A stretch of 64,000 nt of DNA from Candidatus Fervidifonticultor secundus (GCA_031459385.1 JAVKIP010000014.1:1-64000); one strand, 5' to 3'; positions 1-10,102 are shown, counted from the stretch's first letter. The notes: generated by a model not told the origin, from the sequence alone. A program made the numbers and translations.

Positions 1-2
1 TC

Positions 3-113
3 GACGTCGAGCGCGCAGGCAAGACGATCGGCATGCTCAGCGTCAACGCGTACACGGGTCAGGTGTGGTACCACACCTGGCACGGGACCTTCATCAGGGA
101 GAAGCATCTCTAA
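3..113 (+). CDS. 3' end of a conserved hypothetical protein (PepSY-like C-terminus), truncated by the window edge
   Basis: Frame reads DVERAGKTIGMLSVNAYTGQVWYHTWHGTFIREKHL*; SVNxxTG resembles PepSY-type repeats. Confidence 0.5.
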   Translation, partial: DVERAGKTIGMLSVNAYTGQVWYHTWHGTFIREKHL

Positions 114-132
114 AGAGCCAGGCCCCTCGTGA

Positions 133-169
133 CGCCGGGCCGGATCGGGGCACCCGATCCGGCCCGGCG
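133..169. terminator. Perfect 17-bp GC-rich hairpin, probable terminator or stability element
   Basis: CGCCGGGCCGGATCGGG-gca-CCCGATCCGGCCCGGCG just after the stop at 113; no clear U-tract. Confidence 0.5.
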
Positions 170-224
170 CGTTGGTCCCGGGCCGGCTTGTGGGCGCGCA
201 GCAGACCGAGCATAGTTGAGGGGT

Positions 225-989
225 ATGGACCCGGTAACGTCCTCGCCTGGTGCGCTCGCCCTGCTCACCTTTGTGGCTGCCCTGGCCACAGCCATCGCCA
301 CGGGGTTGGGCGGAGTGCCGTTCCTGTTCGTGTCGCGGCTGCCCGGGCGTGTGCTGGGCCTGGCCTGGGGGGTCAGCGGCGGCATGATGCTGTCGGCCTC
401 GGTGTTCAACCTGGTCTTCGCGGGCATCGCGCGGGCGGGCTACAACCCCGTGGCGGCCGGCGCGGCGCTGGGTGCGCTCTTCTTCTGGGCCGCCGAACGG
501 CGCATGCACCACGCCCCGCTCACCTTCTACCACCTCCGCGGCGCGCCGGCCCGCCGGGCGCTGCTGGTCATCGGGGCCATGTTCGTCCACAGCATCTCGG
601 AAGGCGTGGCCATCGGCGTGGGGTTCGGGTCGGGCGAGATGGCGCTGGCGGTGCTGCTGACCATCGCGCTGGCGATCCACAATGTGCCCGAGGGGCTGAC
701 GGTCTCGCTCCCGCTGCGGGCCGAGGGGTTCTCGGGCTGGGCCTGCATCTGGTGGTCGATCTTCACCAGCCTGCCCCAGCCGCTGCTGGCCGTGCCGGCG
801 GCGCTGGCCGTGGCGCTGTTTCAGCCGCTGGTGCCCGTGGGCTTCGGTGTCGCCGCCGGCGCCATGGGCTTTCTGGTGTTCAGCGAGATGCTCCCCGAAG
901 CCCTGGAGCACAGCGACCGCCACAACGCCGCGGCGGCGGTGGTGATCGGGTTCCTGGCCATGATGCTGCTCCAGAACGTCCTGCAATAG
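225..989 (+). CDS. ZIP family divalent metal transporter (ZupT/GufA-like)
   Basis: Multi-TM protein with HSISEGVAIG and HNVPEG motifs; GAGGGG RBS before ATG 225. Confidence 0.9.
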   Translation: MDPVTSSPGALALLTFVAALATAIATGLGGVPFLFVSRLPGRVLGLAWGVSGGMMLSASVFNLVFAGIARAGYNPVAAGAALGALFFWAAERRMHHAPLTFYHLRGAPARRALLVIGAMFVHSISEGVAIGVGFGSGEMALAVLLTIALAIHNVPEGLTVSLPLRAEGFSGWACIWWSIFTSLPQPLLAVPAALAVALFQPLVPVGFGVAAGAMGFLVFSEMLPEALEHSDRHNAAAAVVIGFLAMMLLQNVLQ

Positions 990-1110
990 CGCCGCGCCGT
1001 CCCGGGGCGTAGAATCGAATAGGAGATCTTGCCGCCGGTGCACGCGCGGTCGGGGCGTGCCACTTCGTTATGGCGTGCACGCAGCCATATGCTCCCGTGG
1101 AGTGAGGGCG

Positions 1111-2550
1111 ATGCCGCAGGACGAGATTCGCTTGGGCCTGACGTTCGACGACGTGCTGCTGGTACCGAAGCGCTCCGGTGTCGAGACCCGCGCACAGGCC
1201 TCGACCCGGACGCAGTTCACCCGGCAGATCGCCATGGCCATTCCCATCGTGAGCGCCAACATGGACGCGGTGACTGAGAGCGAGATGGCCATCGCCATCG
1301 CCCGCGAAGGCGGGGTGGGTATCATCCACCGGTTCCTGCCGATCGAGCGGCAGGTGGCCGAGGTGCGGCGCGTCAAGCGCGCCGAGAGCGTGGTGATCGA
1401 AGAGCCGTACGCGATCGAGCCCACCCGGCCGATCCGCGAGGCCATGGTCTTCATGGACGAGCACGGCGCCGCCGGCCTGCTGGTGGTGGAGCACGGGCGC
1501 CTGCTGGGCATGGTCACGGCCCGGGACCTGCTCTTCGAGGACGACCTGGACAAGCCTGTGGGCGCGGTGATGACCCCGCGGGAGCGCCTGGTGACCGCCA
1601 GGCCGGGCATCGGCCTGGAGGAGGCGCGCCGTATCCTGCACGAGCACCGGATCGAGAAGCTCCCCCTGGTGGACGGCAACGGCACGCTGGCGGGCCTCAT
1701 CACCAGCCGGGACATCCGCAGCCGCCTGAAGCACCCTGACGCTACCAAGGACGAGCGCGGCCGCCTGCGGGTGGGCGCGGCCGTGGGGATCCGCGGCGAC
1801 TACCTGGAGCGCGCGGCGGCGCTGGTGGCCGAGGGCGCAGACGCGCTGGTGCTGGACGTCGCCCACGGGCACACGGAGACGGCGCTGGCCGGGCTCGAGC
1901 GCCTGCGCCAGCGCTTCCCGGACGTGCCCCTGATCGCCGGCAACGTGGCCACCGCCGAGGGCACCCGTGACCTCATCGCGCGGGGCGCCGACGCCGTCAA
2001 GGTCGGGGTCGGCCCCGGCTCCACGTGTACGACCCGCATCGTCACTGGCGCCGGCGTGCCGCAGCTCACGGCGATCATGGACTGCGCCCGCGCCGCGGCC
2101 GGCAGTGGGGTGCCCATCATCGCCGACGGCGGCATCCGGGGGTCGGGCGACATCACCAAGGCCCTGGCCGCCGGTGCGAGCAGCGTGATGCTGGGCAACC
2201 TGCTGGCCGGGACGGAGGAGAGCCCGGGTGCCACCGTGGTGCGCAACGGCCGGCAGTACAAGACCTACCGCGGCATGGCCAGCCTGTGGGCCACCGCCCG
2301 CCGCAAGGCCCTGGACTCCCCGGTCGAAGAGGAAGACCTCAGCCAGATCGTCGCCGAGGGTGTCGAGGCCATGGTGCCTTACCGGGGCAAGGTGGCCGAC
2401 GTGCTCCAGCAGCTGGTAGGCGGCCTGCGCTCCGGGATGAGCTACTGCGGGGCGCGGACGATTCCTGACCTGTGGGCGAACGCCGAGTTCATCCGCATCA
2501 CGCCCGCGGGGCTGCGCGAGAGCCTGCCCCACGACGTGGAGCCGCTGTAG
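1111..2550 (+). CDS. guaB: IMP dehydrogenase with CBS pair
   Basis: [24 protein letters not shown] catalytic Cys, IIADGGI, YRGM. Confidence 0.97.
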   Translation: MPQDEIRLGLTFDDVLLVPKRSGVETRAQASTRTQFTRQIAMAIPIVSANMDAVTESEMAIAIAREGGVGIIHRFLPIERQVAEVRRVKRAESVVIEEPYAIEPTRPIREAMVFMDEHGAAGLLVVEHGRLLGMVTARDLLFEDDLDKPVGAVMTPRERLVTARPGIGLEEARRILHEHRIEKLPLVDGNGTLAGLITSRDIRSRLKHPDATKDERGRLRVGAAVGIRGDYLERAAALVAEGADALVLDVAHGHTETALAGLERLRQRFPDVPLIAGNVATAEGTRDLIARGADAVKVGVGPGSTCTTRIVTGAGVPQLTAIMDCARAAAGSGVPIIADGGIRGSGDITKALAAGASSVMLGNLLAGTEESPGATVVRNGRQYKTYRGMASLWATARRKALDSPVEEEDLSQIVAEGVEAMVPYRGKVADVLQQLVGGLRSGMSYCGARTIPDLWANAEFIRITPAGLRESLPHDVEPL

Positions 2551-2560
2551 CCACGGCCGG

Positions 2561-4000
2561 TCAGGCCGCCCCCGCGGCGTCGGCCGCCGCGGCGGGTACC
2601 GCCGCAGGCGCCGCCTGCCGGAGAAACCGGTCGATCGCCTCCGCCGCCCGGAGCCCGTCGCGCAGCGCCGTCACCACCAGGTCTGGGCCCCGGATCGCGT
2701 CGCCGCCCGCGAAGACGCCGGGCGTGGTGGTGGCCAGGTCGTCACCCACCTGGTACGTCCGCCAGCGGGTGAGCGCGGGGCCGTTGTCAGCGGGTACCGG
2801 TGAGCCGTCGAAGCCGAAGGCCATGATGGCCAGGTCGGCCTCGATGACGAACGCGCTGCCCGGCACCGGCTCGGGCTTCCGGCGGCCGTCCCTGTCCGGA
2901 TCGCCCAGCCGCATCTCGACGCACTCGATGCCGCAGAGCCTGCCGGCGCCGTCGGCCAGGAACCGCACCGGGGCGGTCAGCCACCGAAACGTCACGCCCT
3001 CGTCCTTCGCCGCCTGCACCTCGCGGCGGCTGCCCGGCATGTTAATCTCGTCGCGCCGGTAGACGCACGCGACGCTGGCCGCGCCCAGCCGCCGCGCCGT
3101 GCGCACGCAGTCCATGGCGGTGTCGCCGCCCCCCAGCACGACCACACGCCGGCCGCGCAGGTCATCCGGCGCCGACGGACGCGGGCTCTCGATGGCGTTG
3201 CGCACCAGGAACGGGAGGGCGTCGATGACGCCGGGCAGCTCCTCGCCGGGCAGGTCGGCGCGCCTGGGCGTCGTGGCGCCGGATGCCAGGAACACCGCGT
3301 GGTGGGCGGCGCGCAGCGCCTCCAGCGGAATCTCGTCGCCCACGCGCACTGCGCAGATGAACTCCACGCCCAGGGCCTCCAGAAAGCGCACGCGCCGGTC
3401 GACGGTGGCCTTCTCCAGCTTGAACGCCGGGATGCCGTAGCGCAGTAGCCCGCCGGGCCGGGGGTGCGCGTCGTAGACCGTGACCCGGTGCCCCTGGGCG
3501 ACCAGCGCGCCGGCGCACGCCAGTCCTGCCGGCCCGGCTCCCACGACCGCCACCCGGTACCCCGTGGGCGCAGGGCGCGGCGGCGCCGGCAGGCCCTCCT
3601 GGGCGATGGCGTACTCGTTGACGAACCGCTCGATGGCGCCGATCGCCACCGGCTCGTGCTTGACCCCGACGATGCACGCGTCCTCGCACAGCCGGTCCTG
3701 GGGGCAGATGCGCCCGCAGATCTCGGGCATGGGGTTGGTGGTGCGCGAGAGGCGCGCGGCTTCGAGGAAGCGCCCCTCGGCGGTCAGCGTCAGCCACTCG
3801 CGGATCGGGTTGTGCAGCGGGCAGGCCTGGACACACGGCGCCTTCACGCACTCGACGCACCGCGCCGCCTCGGCGGTGGCCTGCTCGGGGGTGTAAGCCA
3901 GCGTGACCTCGCAGAAGTCGGCGACGCGCTCGGCAGGCGGGCGCTTGGGCACGGGCTGGTGGGGCAGCTGGAGCCGGGCACGCTTGTCGGGGCGAGCCAT
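2561..4000 (-). CDS. GltD/SudA/NfnB-like FAD and Fe-S NAD(P)-dependent oxidoreductase
   Basis: RCVEC..CVQACP, CGRICPQDRLCE, GAGPAG, GGGDTAMDC, YRR, GGD motifs. Confidence 0.9.
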   Translation of the reverse strand: MARPDKRARLQLPHQPVPKRPPAERVADFCEVTLAYTPEQATAEAARCVECVKAPCVQACPLHNPIREWLTLTAEGRFLEAARLSRTTNPMPEICGRICPQDRLCEDACIVGVKHEPVAIGAIERFVNEYAIAQEGLPAPPRPAPTGYRVAVVGAGPAGLACAGALVAQGHRVTVYDAHPRPGGLLRYGIPAFKLEKATVDRRVRFLEALGVEFICAVRVGDEIPLEALRAAHHAVFLASGATTPRRADLPGEELPGVIDALPFLVRNAIESPRPSAPDDLRGRRVVVLGGGDTAMDCVRTARRLGAASVACVYRRDEINMPGSRREVQAAKDEGVTFRWLTAPVRFLADGAGRLCGIECVEMRLGDPDRDGRRKPEPVPGSAFVIEADLAIMAFGFDGSPVPADNGPALTRWRTYQVGDDLATTTPGVFAGGDAIRGPDLVVTALRDGLRAAEAIDRFLRQAAPAAVPAAAADAAGAA

Positions 4001-4039
4001 CGCGTTCCCCCGGGGTGCGGTGGTGAGATTCCGTGAGCA

Positions 4040-4190
4040 AGCATGCGGAAGTCAGACGCCGGGCAACAATCGGGCGGCGGCCCGATCTTCTCCCGGAGCG
4101 CCCCGATACGGCGACATGAGGAATCGGGTTGCGGACTGAAGAAGATCGAACGGAGGGCCGATGCGACCGGGTGGGGACCGTGGCTAGAAT
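4040..4190. promoter_or_regulatory. Divergent promoters with palindromic boxes
   Basis: Boxes 4069-4086 ATCGGGCGGCGGCCCGAT, 4123-4140 and 4145-4162 ATCGAACGGAGGGCCGAT; -10 CATGCT (minus, 4040-4045) and TAGAAT (plus, 4185-4190). Confidence 0.75.
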
Positions 4191-4196
4191 GCAACC

Positions 4197-5999
4197 ATGA
4201 GGGTCGAGCCGTCTCGCACCGCTGCGGGGCCGCTGGAGCCTCCGCAGGCGGTCGAGCGCATCCTGGCCGCCGTGCGCCGGGGCCCGGTGGAAGAGGTGCC
4301 GCTGGCGGAGGCGGCCGGCCGCGTGCTGGCCGCGCCAGTCGTCGCCGCCGAGGACCTGTGGCCATTCCCGCGCGCTGCCATGGACGGCATTGCGGTGCGC
4401 GTCGCCGACGTGGCCGGGGCGTCGCCGGAGCGGCCGGTGCGCCTGCGCCTGGTGGGGGCGGCCTACGCCGGGCAACCCGCAGACCGTCCGCTCGCCGCCG
4501 GCGAGGCTGCGCGCGTCGCCACCGGTGCGCCGGTGCCCGCGGGCGCCGACGCCGTCATTCCCCAGGAGGGCCTCCAGTGGGATGGTGCGGCGGTGCTCGT
4601 CGCCCGGCCCGCGCCGCCTGGCCAGCACATCTTTCCCCCGGGCGAGGATGTCCGCGCCGGCGAGCAGGTGCTGGCCCCGGGCATTGTGCTGCACGGCGGC
4701 CACCTGGGGCTGCTGGCCTCGGTCGGCTGGAGTCGCGTGCCGGTGGTGCGGCGCCCCGTGGTGGCCATCGTCACGTGCGGCGACGAGCTGGTCGCACCTG
4801 ACGAGCCGCTGCGGCCGGGGCTGGTACGCGATAGTAACTCCTACGCCCTCGCCGCGGAGGTACGGGCGCTGGGGGCGCTCCCGACGGTGCTGGGCCGCGC
4901 CCGCGACGACGAGGCCGAGCTCGACGCGCTGGTGCGCCGCGGCCTGGGCACCGCCGACGTCCTGATCACCTGCGGTGGCCTGTCGGTAGGCGAACGGGAT
5001 CTGATCCGGCCGGCGCTGCGCCGCGCCGGCGTCGTCTTCGCCTTCGAAGGCGTGGCGATGAAGCCGGGCGCGCCTGCAGCGTTCGGCACCGGGCCGGCGG
5101 CCAGCGCGGCGCCATCTCCCGAGGGACCGCGCCCGGTGTTCGCCCTGCCCGGCACGCCCAGCGCGTGCCGCGTGGCGTTCGAGGTGCTGGTGACCCCGGC
5201 GTTGGGGCTCATGCTCGGCCGCGCCGATCCTCTGCGGCCGCAGGTGACGGCGCGGCTGGAAGCGCCGCTGCGCGTGCGGCCTGGCCGCCACCGGTATCTC
5301 TGGGCCGCCGCGCGCCTCGGGCCCGACGGCGTGGTCGTGGCCCCGCTCTACGTGCAGAGCACGGCCGCGCTGCGCTCCTCAGCCGACGCCACCGCGCTCA
5401 TCGTGCTGGAGCCCGGGATCGGCGAGGTGCCCGCCGGCGCGCCGGTGCCGGCGCTGCTGCTGGGCCTGCCCCGCACGGACCCGCCGGCGCGTAGCGCGCG
5501 CTGGCCGGTAGCCGTGGGCATCGTGGGCGCGCGCGGCGCGGGCAAGACCGCGCTGATGGAGCGCCTGGTCCCCCTGCTGGCCGCGCGCGGCGCCCGGGTG
5601 GCGGTGGTGAAACACCACGCGCACCTGGCAGCCCTCGATGATGCCGGCACCGACACGGCGCGGGCGATGGCCGCGGGCGCGGCGCGCACGATCCTGGCGG
5701 GCCCAGCCGGCATCATCACCCGCGAGCCGGCCACGTCGCACCCGGCCGGGCCCGCGCTCGACGACGTCCTGCGGCGGGCTGCGCCCGGCGAGCTCGTGTT
5801 GGTGGAAGGGTACAGCGACGCGGCGCTGCCCAAGATCCTGGTGCGTCGGGCCGGCGTGTCCTCCGATCGGCCGGAGCCGCCCGGCCCGTTCCTGGCGGGC
5901 GTCGGCGACGCGCCCTCGATGGCCGCCATACCCTGGTTCTCATGGGACGACCTGGACCGCCTGGCCGCATATCTGCTCTCGCACCTCATGCTGCGCTGA
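4197..5999 (+). CDS. moeA: Molybdopterin molybdotransferase MoeA fused to a C-terminal MobB-like P-loop domain
   Basis: PFPRAAMDG, GDEL, RDSN, GGLSVGERD, MKPG, LPGTP in the N-terminal part; GARGAGKT, VAVVKHH, GTDT, LVEGY in the C-terminal part. Confidence 0.9.
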   Translation: MRVEPSRTAAGPLEPPQAVERILAAVRRGPVEEVPLAEAAGRVLAAPVVAAEDLWPFPRAAMDGIAVRVADVAGASPERPVRLRLVGAAYAGQPADRPLAAGEAARVATGAPVPAGADAVIPQEGLQWDGAAVLVARPAPPGQHIFPPGEDVRAGEQVLAPGIVLHGGHLGLLASVGWSRVPVVRRPVVAIVTCGDELVAPDEPLRPGLVRDSNSYALAAEVRALGALPTVLGRARDDEAELDALVRRGLGTADVLITCGGLSVGERDLIRPALRRAGVVFAFEGVAMKPGAPAAFGTGPAASAAPSPEGPRPVFALPGTPSACRVAFEVLVTPALGLMLGRADPLRPQVTARLEAPLRVRPGRHRYLWAAARLGPDGVVVAPLYVQSTAALRSSADATALIVLEPGIGEVPAGAPVPALLLGLPRTDPPARSARWPVAVGIVGARGAGKTALMERLVPLLAARGARVAVVKHHAHLAALDDAGTDTARAMAAGAARTILAGPAGIITREPATSHPAGPALDDVLRRAAPGELVLVEGYSDAALPKILVRRAGVSSDRPEPPGPFLAGVGDAPSMAAIPWFSWDDLDRLAAYLLSHLMLR

Positions 6000-6050
6000 C
6001 GGCCGGGTGAGGGGTCGGGGCACACCCGTACCAGCGGCGCGCGTCGCCGA

Positions 6051-6096
6051 ATCGTCTCCGCACCCGATGGTGTGCCGTGGGACACCGTGCGATGCT
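6051..6096 (+). promoter_or_regulatory. Box plus extended -10 of proline dehydrogenase
   Basis: ATCGTCTCCGCACCCGAT 6051-6068, 22-nt gap, -10 GATGCT preceded by TG. Confidence 0.6.
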
Positions 6097-6118
6097 GAGC
6101 TCGGGAGGTCGCCGGGTC

Positions 6119-7033
6119 ATGCTGCGCCCCGTTCTGGTGGCACTATCGCGCAGCGAGCCGGCGCGGCGCCTGGTGGCCCGGCCGTTCGTGTTCCGTCGGG
6201 TGGCCCGGCGGTTCGTCGCGGGCGAGACCGCCGATGCGGCACTGCAGGTGGTCGCCGAACTGAACGCCCGCGGCCTGGCGGCCACGCTGGACATCCTCGG
6301 CGAGGGGACCACGGCCGAAGCCGACGCGCAGCGCGCCGCAATCGCCTACCTGGACTTGCTGGATGCGATCGGCACGCGGCGCCTCCAGAGCCACGTCTCG
6401 GTGAAGCTGTCCCAGCTCGGGCTCGACCTGTCGGCAGAACTGGCGGTGCGCCTCCTGGCGCAGATCGTCCGGCGCGCGGCGGAGGTCGGGACATTTGTGC
6501 GCGTCGACATGGAGGACAGCCGGCGCCTGCCGGGCATCTTGCGGGTCTTCGACCGCGTCTGGGAGGCCGGCTGGCACACCGTGGGCGTGGCGCTCCAGGC
6601 GTACCTGTACCGGACGCCACAGGACGTGGAGCGGTACATCGCCCGGGGCGTGAGCATCCGCCTGTGCAAGGGCGCCTACGCCGAGCCGCCGCAGATCGCC
6701 TATCCGCGCAAGGCCGACGTGGACCGGGCCTTCGCGGCCCTGGCCGAGCGCCTGCTGATCGCCGGCAGGTCGCCGGCGCTTGCCACGCACGACGAGCGCC
6801 TGATCGCCGGCGCCCGGCAGTTCGCGGCGGCCCACGGCGTGCCGCTGCAGGCCTACGAGTTTCAGCTCCTCTACGGCATCCGCCGCGACCTCCAGGACGC
6901 TCTGGCGCGCGCCGGCCACCGCGTCCGCGTCTACGTGCCCTTCGGAACCCACTGGTACCCGTACGTCATGCGGCGTATGGCGGAGCGCCCTGCGAACCTG
7001 TGGTTTGTGGCGCGCAACCTCCTCCGTCCGTAA
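6119..7033 (+). CDS. Monofunctional proline dehydrogenase
   Basis: RRFVAGET, SVKLSQLG, VDME, RLCKGAY, ATHD, EFQLLYG, YVPFG, RRMAERP. Confidence 0.93.
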   Translation: MLRPVLVALSRSEPARRLVARPFVFRRVARRFVAGETADAALQVVAELNARGLAATLDILGEGTTAEADAQRAAIAYLDLLDAIGTRRLQSHVSVKLSQLGLDLSAELAVRLLAQIVRRAAEVGTFVRVDMEDSRRLPGILRVFDRVWEAGWHTVGVALQAYLYRTPQDVERYIARGVSIRLCKGAYAEPPQIAYPRKADVDRAFAALAERLLIAGRSPALATHDERLIAGARQFAAAHGVPLQAYEFQLLYGIRRDLQDALARAGHRVRVYVPFGTHWYPYVMRRMAERPANLWFVARNLLRP

Positions 7034-7118
7034 GCTGGGAAGCAGGGGATGCAGTTACCGACCCGCTCCGCGCCGCGGCAGGCACGCGGCCCCGACGGGG
7101 ACCGGAAGGAGGAGAGCG

Positions 7119-7601
7119 ATGGAGTTGTTGACCGTCACCATCGAGAAGCCCGCCGAGGTGAACGTCATCCTGGGGCAGGCGCACTTCATCAAGACCGTGG
7201 AGGACCTGCACGAGGCGCTGACCTCGTCGGTGCCCGGCGTGCAGTTCGGCCTGGCGTTCTGCGAGTCGTCCGGGCCAGCGCTGGTCCGCTGGAGCGGCAC
7301 CGATCCCGCCCTGGTGGAGCTGGCGCGGCAGACGGCTCTTCGCCTGGCGGCCGGCCACTGTTTTGTGATCTTCCTGGGGAACGCCTACCCGATCAACGTG
7401 CTCAACGCCGTCAAGCAGGTCCCCGAGGTCTGCGGCATCTACTGCGCCACGGCTAACCCTGTGGAGGTCGTGCTGGCGGAGACCGCGCAGGGGCGGGGCA
7501 TCCTGGGGGTGATCGACGGCCTGGCCTCCCGCGGCATCGAGGCCGAGGACGATGTGGCGCAGCGGAAGGCACTCCTCCGCAAGATCGGCTACAAGCTGTA
7601 G
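7119..7601 (+). CDS. DUF355 / adenosine-specific kinase family protein
   Basis: NVILGQAHFIKTVED, FCESSG, YPINVLN, CATANP, GRGILGVIDG, IGYKL; AGGAGG RBS. Confidence 0.85.
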   Translation: MELLTVTIEKPAEVNVILGQAHFIKTVEDLHEALTSSVPGVQFGLAFCESSGPALVRWSGTDPALVELARQTALRLAAGHCFVIFLGNAYPINVLNAVKQVPEVCGIYCATANPVEVVLAETAQGRGILGVIDGLASRGIEAEDDVAQRKALLRKIGYKL

Positions 7602-7613
7602 GCCGGAGCCAAG

Positions 7614-7660
7614 ATCCGCCCCATGCCCGATACCCGTCCCACAGCCAGGGGCGCTACCGT
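7614..7660 (+). promoter_or_regulatory. Box plus -10 of the V/A-ATPase operon
   Basis: ATCCGCCCCATGCCCGAT 7614-7631, 23-nt gap, TACCGT 7655-7660. Confidence 0.65.
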
Positions 7661-7668
7661 AGAGAAGG

Positions 7669-8016
7669 ATGCCTACGCCCGAGCATTCGTCCCTATCCCT
7701 GATCGCGGACCTGGAGCGCGAAGCTGACCTGCTGGTCGAGGCGGCCCGCGCGGAGGCGCGCCAGATGGTGGAGGCGGCGCGCCGGGAGGCTGACGTGGCG
7801 CTCCGCGGGGCTCGCGAGGAGGCCCCGGAGATCGAGCAGCGAGCGTTCGCCGACGAGGTGGCCCGCGGGCGCGAGGAGGCCGACGCGCTGCGCCGGGAGT
7901 GGTCGGCCGGGCGCGAGGCGAGGGACGCCCACATCGGCGCACGCCTGCCCCTAGCGGTGGCGGCCGTCGTGGAGGCCGTCCTGGGGGGCCAGAAGATCGA
8001 GGGGTCGGCACCGTGA
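7669..8016 (+). CDS. V/A-type ATPase peripheral stalk subunit G/H
   Basis: Short E/A/R-rich coiled coil immediately before, and overlapping, subunit I. Confidence 0.7.
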   Translation: MPTPEHSSLSLIADLEREADLLVEAARAEARQMVEAARREADVALRGAREEAPEIEQRAFADEVARGREEADALRREWSAGREARDAHIGARLPLAVAAVVEAVLGGQKIEGSAP

Positions 8017-9878
8017 TCGCCGCCATGGTGCGGGTGCAGATCGTGTGTCTGCGCGACCGCTTCCGCGATGTCCTGACGTTCCTGCACGGCCAGGGTGTGG
8101 TCCACCTGGTGCCCTGGCGTCCGCCACCGTCACCGGAGATCCAGCGCGTCGTCCCCCTGCGGCTCGACGAGACGGCGGAGCGCGAGCGCGCGCTGCTGGA
8201 AGAGATCGTGCGGGCGGTGGACGAGGCCGTGGGCCCAGGGCCCGCGGAGGAGACGGCTGCCCTCGAGGGGATGGCCACCGATGCCCTCCACGCCGCCGCG
8301 CGCGAGGGCCTCGAGGCGCTCCGGCAGGCCGAGGCGCGGGTGGCCCGCCTCCGCGACGAACTCCGGCTGCTGCCCCAGTATGCCCACCTGCTGGAAGCGT
8401 TCCTGGCGCAGACCTACGCCTTCGACTGGCGGCCCGACTGGGCGGCCACCGGGCTGGTCCTCGACCGCAGCCGGGAAGCCGACCTGCCGCGCCTGCGCGC
8501 GGCGCTGGAGCACGAGACGCGGGGCCGCATGCAGCTGGCTGTGGCCGTGCTGGACACGGAGCGGCTGGCCGCCGTGTTGCTCTACGACCGGCGCCACCGC
8601 CGGGCGGTGGAGGACCTGCTGTGGGGCCAGGGCGTGGAGCGGCTGAATCTGCCCCCGGAGTTCCTCGGCAAGCCCCTCGAGGACGTGCTGCGGGACATCG
8701 CCGCCCGCCGGGCCGTGCTCCCATCGCAGATCGCCGACGCGGAAGAGGCGGCCCGCCGCCTGCGCCAGGCGAGCGCCGGCTTCCTGCGGGCCGCGCGTGC
8801 CGTTGCGGCCGATCGGCTGGACGAACTGCGGGTCGCCACGCAGGGCCTGGCGTCGCGCCGCACTGTGGCGCTGGCGGGATGGGTGCCCGCGGCCCGGGCG
8901 CCGGCCCTGCGGGCGGCGCTGGAGAGCGCGTTCCCCGGGGAGGTCTTCGTATGGGTGCGCGCGCCGGCGCCGCACGAGCGCGCGGCGGTACCGGTCCTGC
9001 TCGACAACCCCCGCGCGCTCCGGCCGTTCGAAGTGCTGCTGCAGCCGCTGCGGCCCCCGGCCTATGGCACGCTGGACCCCACCTGGATGCTGGCACTGTT
9101 CTTCCCGCTCTTCTTCGGCCTGATGCTGGGTGATGCCGGCTACGGTGGCGTGCTGCTCCTGGGCGCCGCGCTCATGCGGCGGTGGCGCAGTCCCTGGGCG
9201 GGGATCGTGCGCAGCCTGCTGGTGCCCATGGGCAGTAGCGCCATCCTCTTCGGCGTGCTGTTCGGCGAGTACTTCGGCGACCTGGCGCGGCCCTATCTGC
9301 GCCCGCTGCTCTTCGACCGGAAGGAGGCGATGCTGGCCTTCCTCTCCCTGGCGCTCTCCATCGGTCTGGCGCACACGGCGCTGGGAGCCGTGCTCGGCAT
9401 CGTGCAGGCGCGGCGACTGCACGAGCCGCGCCGGGCTGCAGAGCGCGGGGCGCTGCTGGCCGTGCTCGTCACCCTGTTCGCCATCGCCGGCGCGCTGGCC
9501 GGGCTGCTGCCGCAGGCACTGCTGGTGCCCGGTGTGGCGCTGCTGGTCGCTGCGGTGCCGGTGTTGATGTACGCCGGCGGACTGCTGGGCGCCATCGAGG
9601 CGGTCTCGGTCGTGGGCAACGTCCTGTCCTACGCGCGCCTGATGGCGCTGGGGCTGGCCTCCCTGATGCTGGCCGAGGTGGCCAACCGGCTGGGCGGCGC
9701 CGCGGGGAACGTCGTGGTGGGGCTCATCGTGGGCGTGCTGCTGCACGCGCTGAACCTGGTCATGGGCACGTTCAGCCCGACGATCCAGGCGCTGCGGCTG
9801 CACTACGTCGAATGCTTCTCCAAGTTCTACGAGCCCGGAGGGCTCGTCTACCAGCCGTTCGCGCGGAAGGGAGGGTGA
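8013..9878 (+). CDS. atpI: V/A-type ATPase subunit I (a)
   Basis: PVLLDNP, YGTLDPT, FFGLMLGDAGYG, SYARLMAL (essential Arg), ALRLHYVECFSKFY. Confidence 0.95.
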   Translation: MIAAMVRVQIVCLRDRFRDVLTFLHGQGVVHLVPWRPPPSPEIQRVVPLRLDETAERERALLEEIVRAVDEAVGPGPAEETAALEGMATDALHAAAREGLEALRQAEARVARLRDELRLLPQYAHLLEAFLAQTYAFDWRPDWAATGLVLDRSREADLPRLRAALEHETRGRMQLAVAVLDTERLAAVLLYDRRHRRAVEDLLWGQGVERLNLPPEFLGKPLEDVLRDIAARRAVLPSQIADAEEAARRLRQASAGFLRAARAVAADRLDELRVATQGLASRRTVALAGWVPAARAPALRAALESAFPGEVFVWVRAPAPHERAAVPVLLDNPRALRPFEVLLQPLRPPAYGTLDPTWMLALFFPLFFGLMLGDAGYGGVLLLGAALMRRWRSPWAGIVRSLLVPMGSSAILFGVLFGEYFGDLARPYLRPLLFDRKEAMLAFLSLALSIGLAHTALGAVLGIVQARRLHEPRRAAERGALLAVLVTLFAIAGALAGLLPQALLVPGVALLVAAVPVLMYAGGLLGAIEAVSVVGNVLSYARLMALGLASLMLAEVANRLGGAAGNVVVGLIVGVLLHALNLVMGTFSPTIQALRLHYVECFSKFYEPGGLVYQPFARKGG

Positions 9879-9883
9879 CGGAT

Positions 9884-10102
9884 ATGGAGGTGTTCGGCAT
9901 CGCGATCGGGGCGGGGCTCGCCGTCGGGCTGTCGGCCCTGGGGACCGGCTACGCGCAGGCCCGCATCGGCGCGGCCGGGCTTGGCGCCATGGCCGAGCGT
10001 CCCGAGCTAATGGGGTCGAGCGTGATCCTCATGGCCATTCCCGAGACCGCGGTGATCCTCGGGTTCGTGGTGGCCACGATGATCCTGTTGCTGCTGCGGT
10101 GA
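9884..10102 (+). CDS. atpK: V/A-type ATPase proteolipid subunit K/L (single hairpin)
   Basis: GYAQARIGAAG...IPETAVILG with carrier Glu; GGAGGG RBS. Confidence 0.95.
   Translation: MEVFGIAIGAGLAVGLSALGTGYAQARIGAAGLGAMAERPELMGSSVILMAIPETAVILGFVVATMILLLLR

Noticed and set aside
133..169. ATCGGG-gca-CCCGAT as a regulon box
   Set aside because: Spacer is 3 nt rather than 6, and it is the tip of a 17-bp hairpin after a stop codon, so more likely a terminator-type structure
9884..10102. Na+ coupling inferred from Q...ET in subunit K
   Set aside because: The H+-coupled Thermus subunit has the same Q/PET pattern and the downstream Tyr is absent, so ion specificity cannot be called
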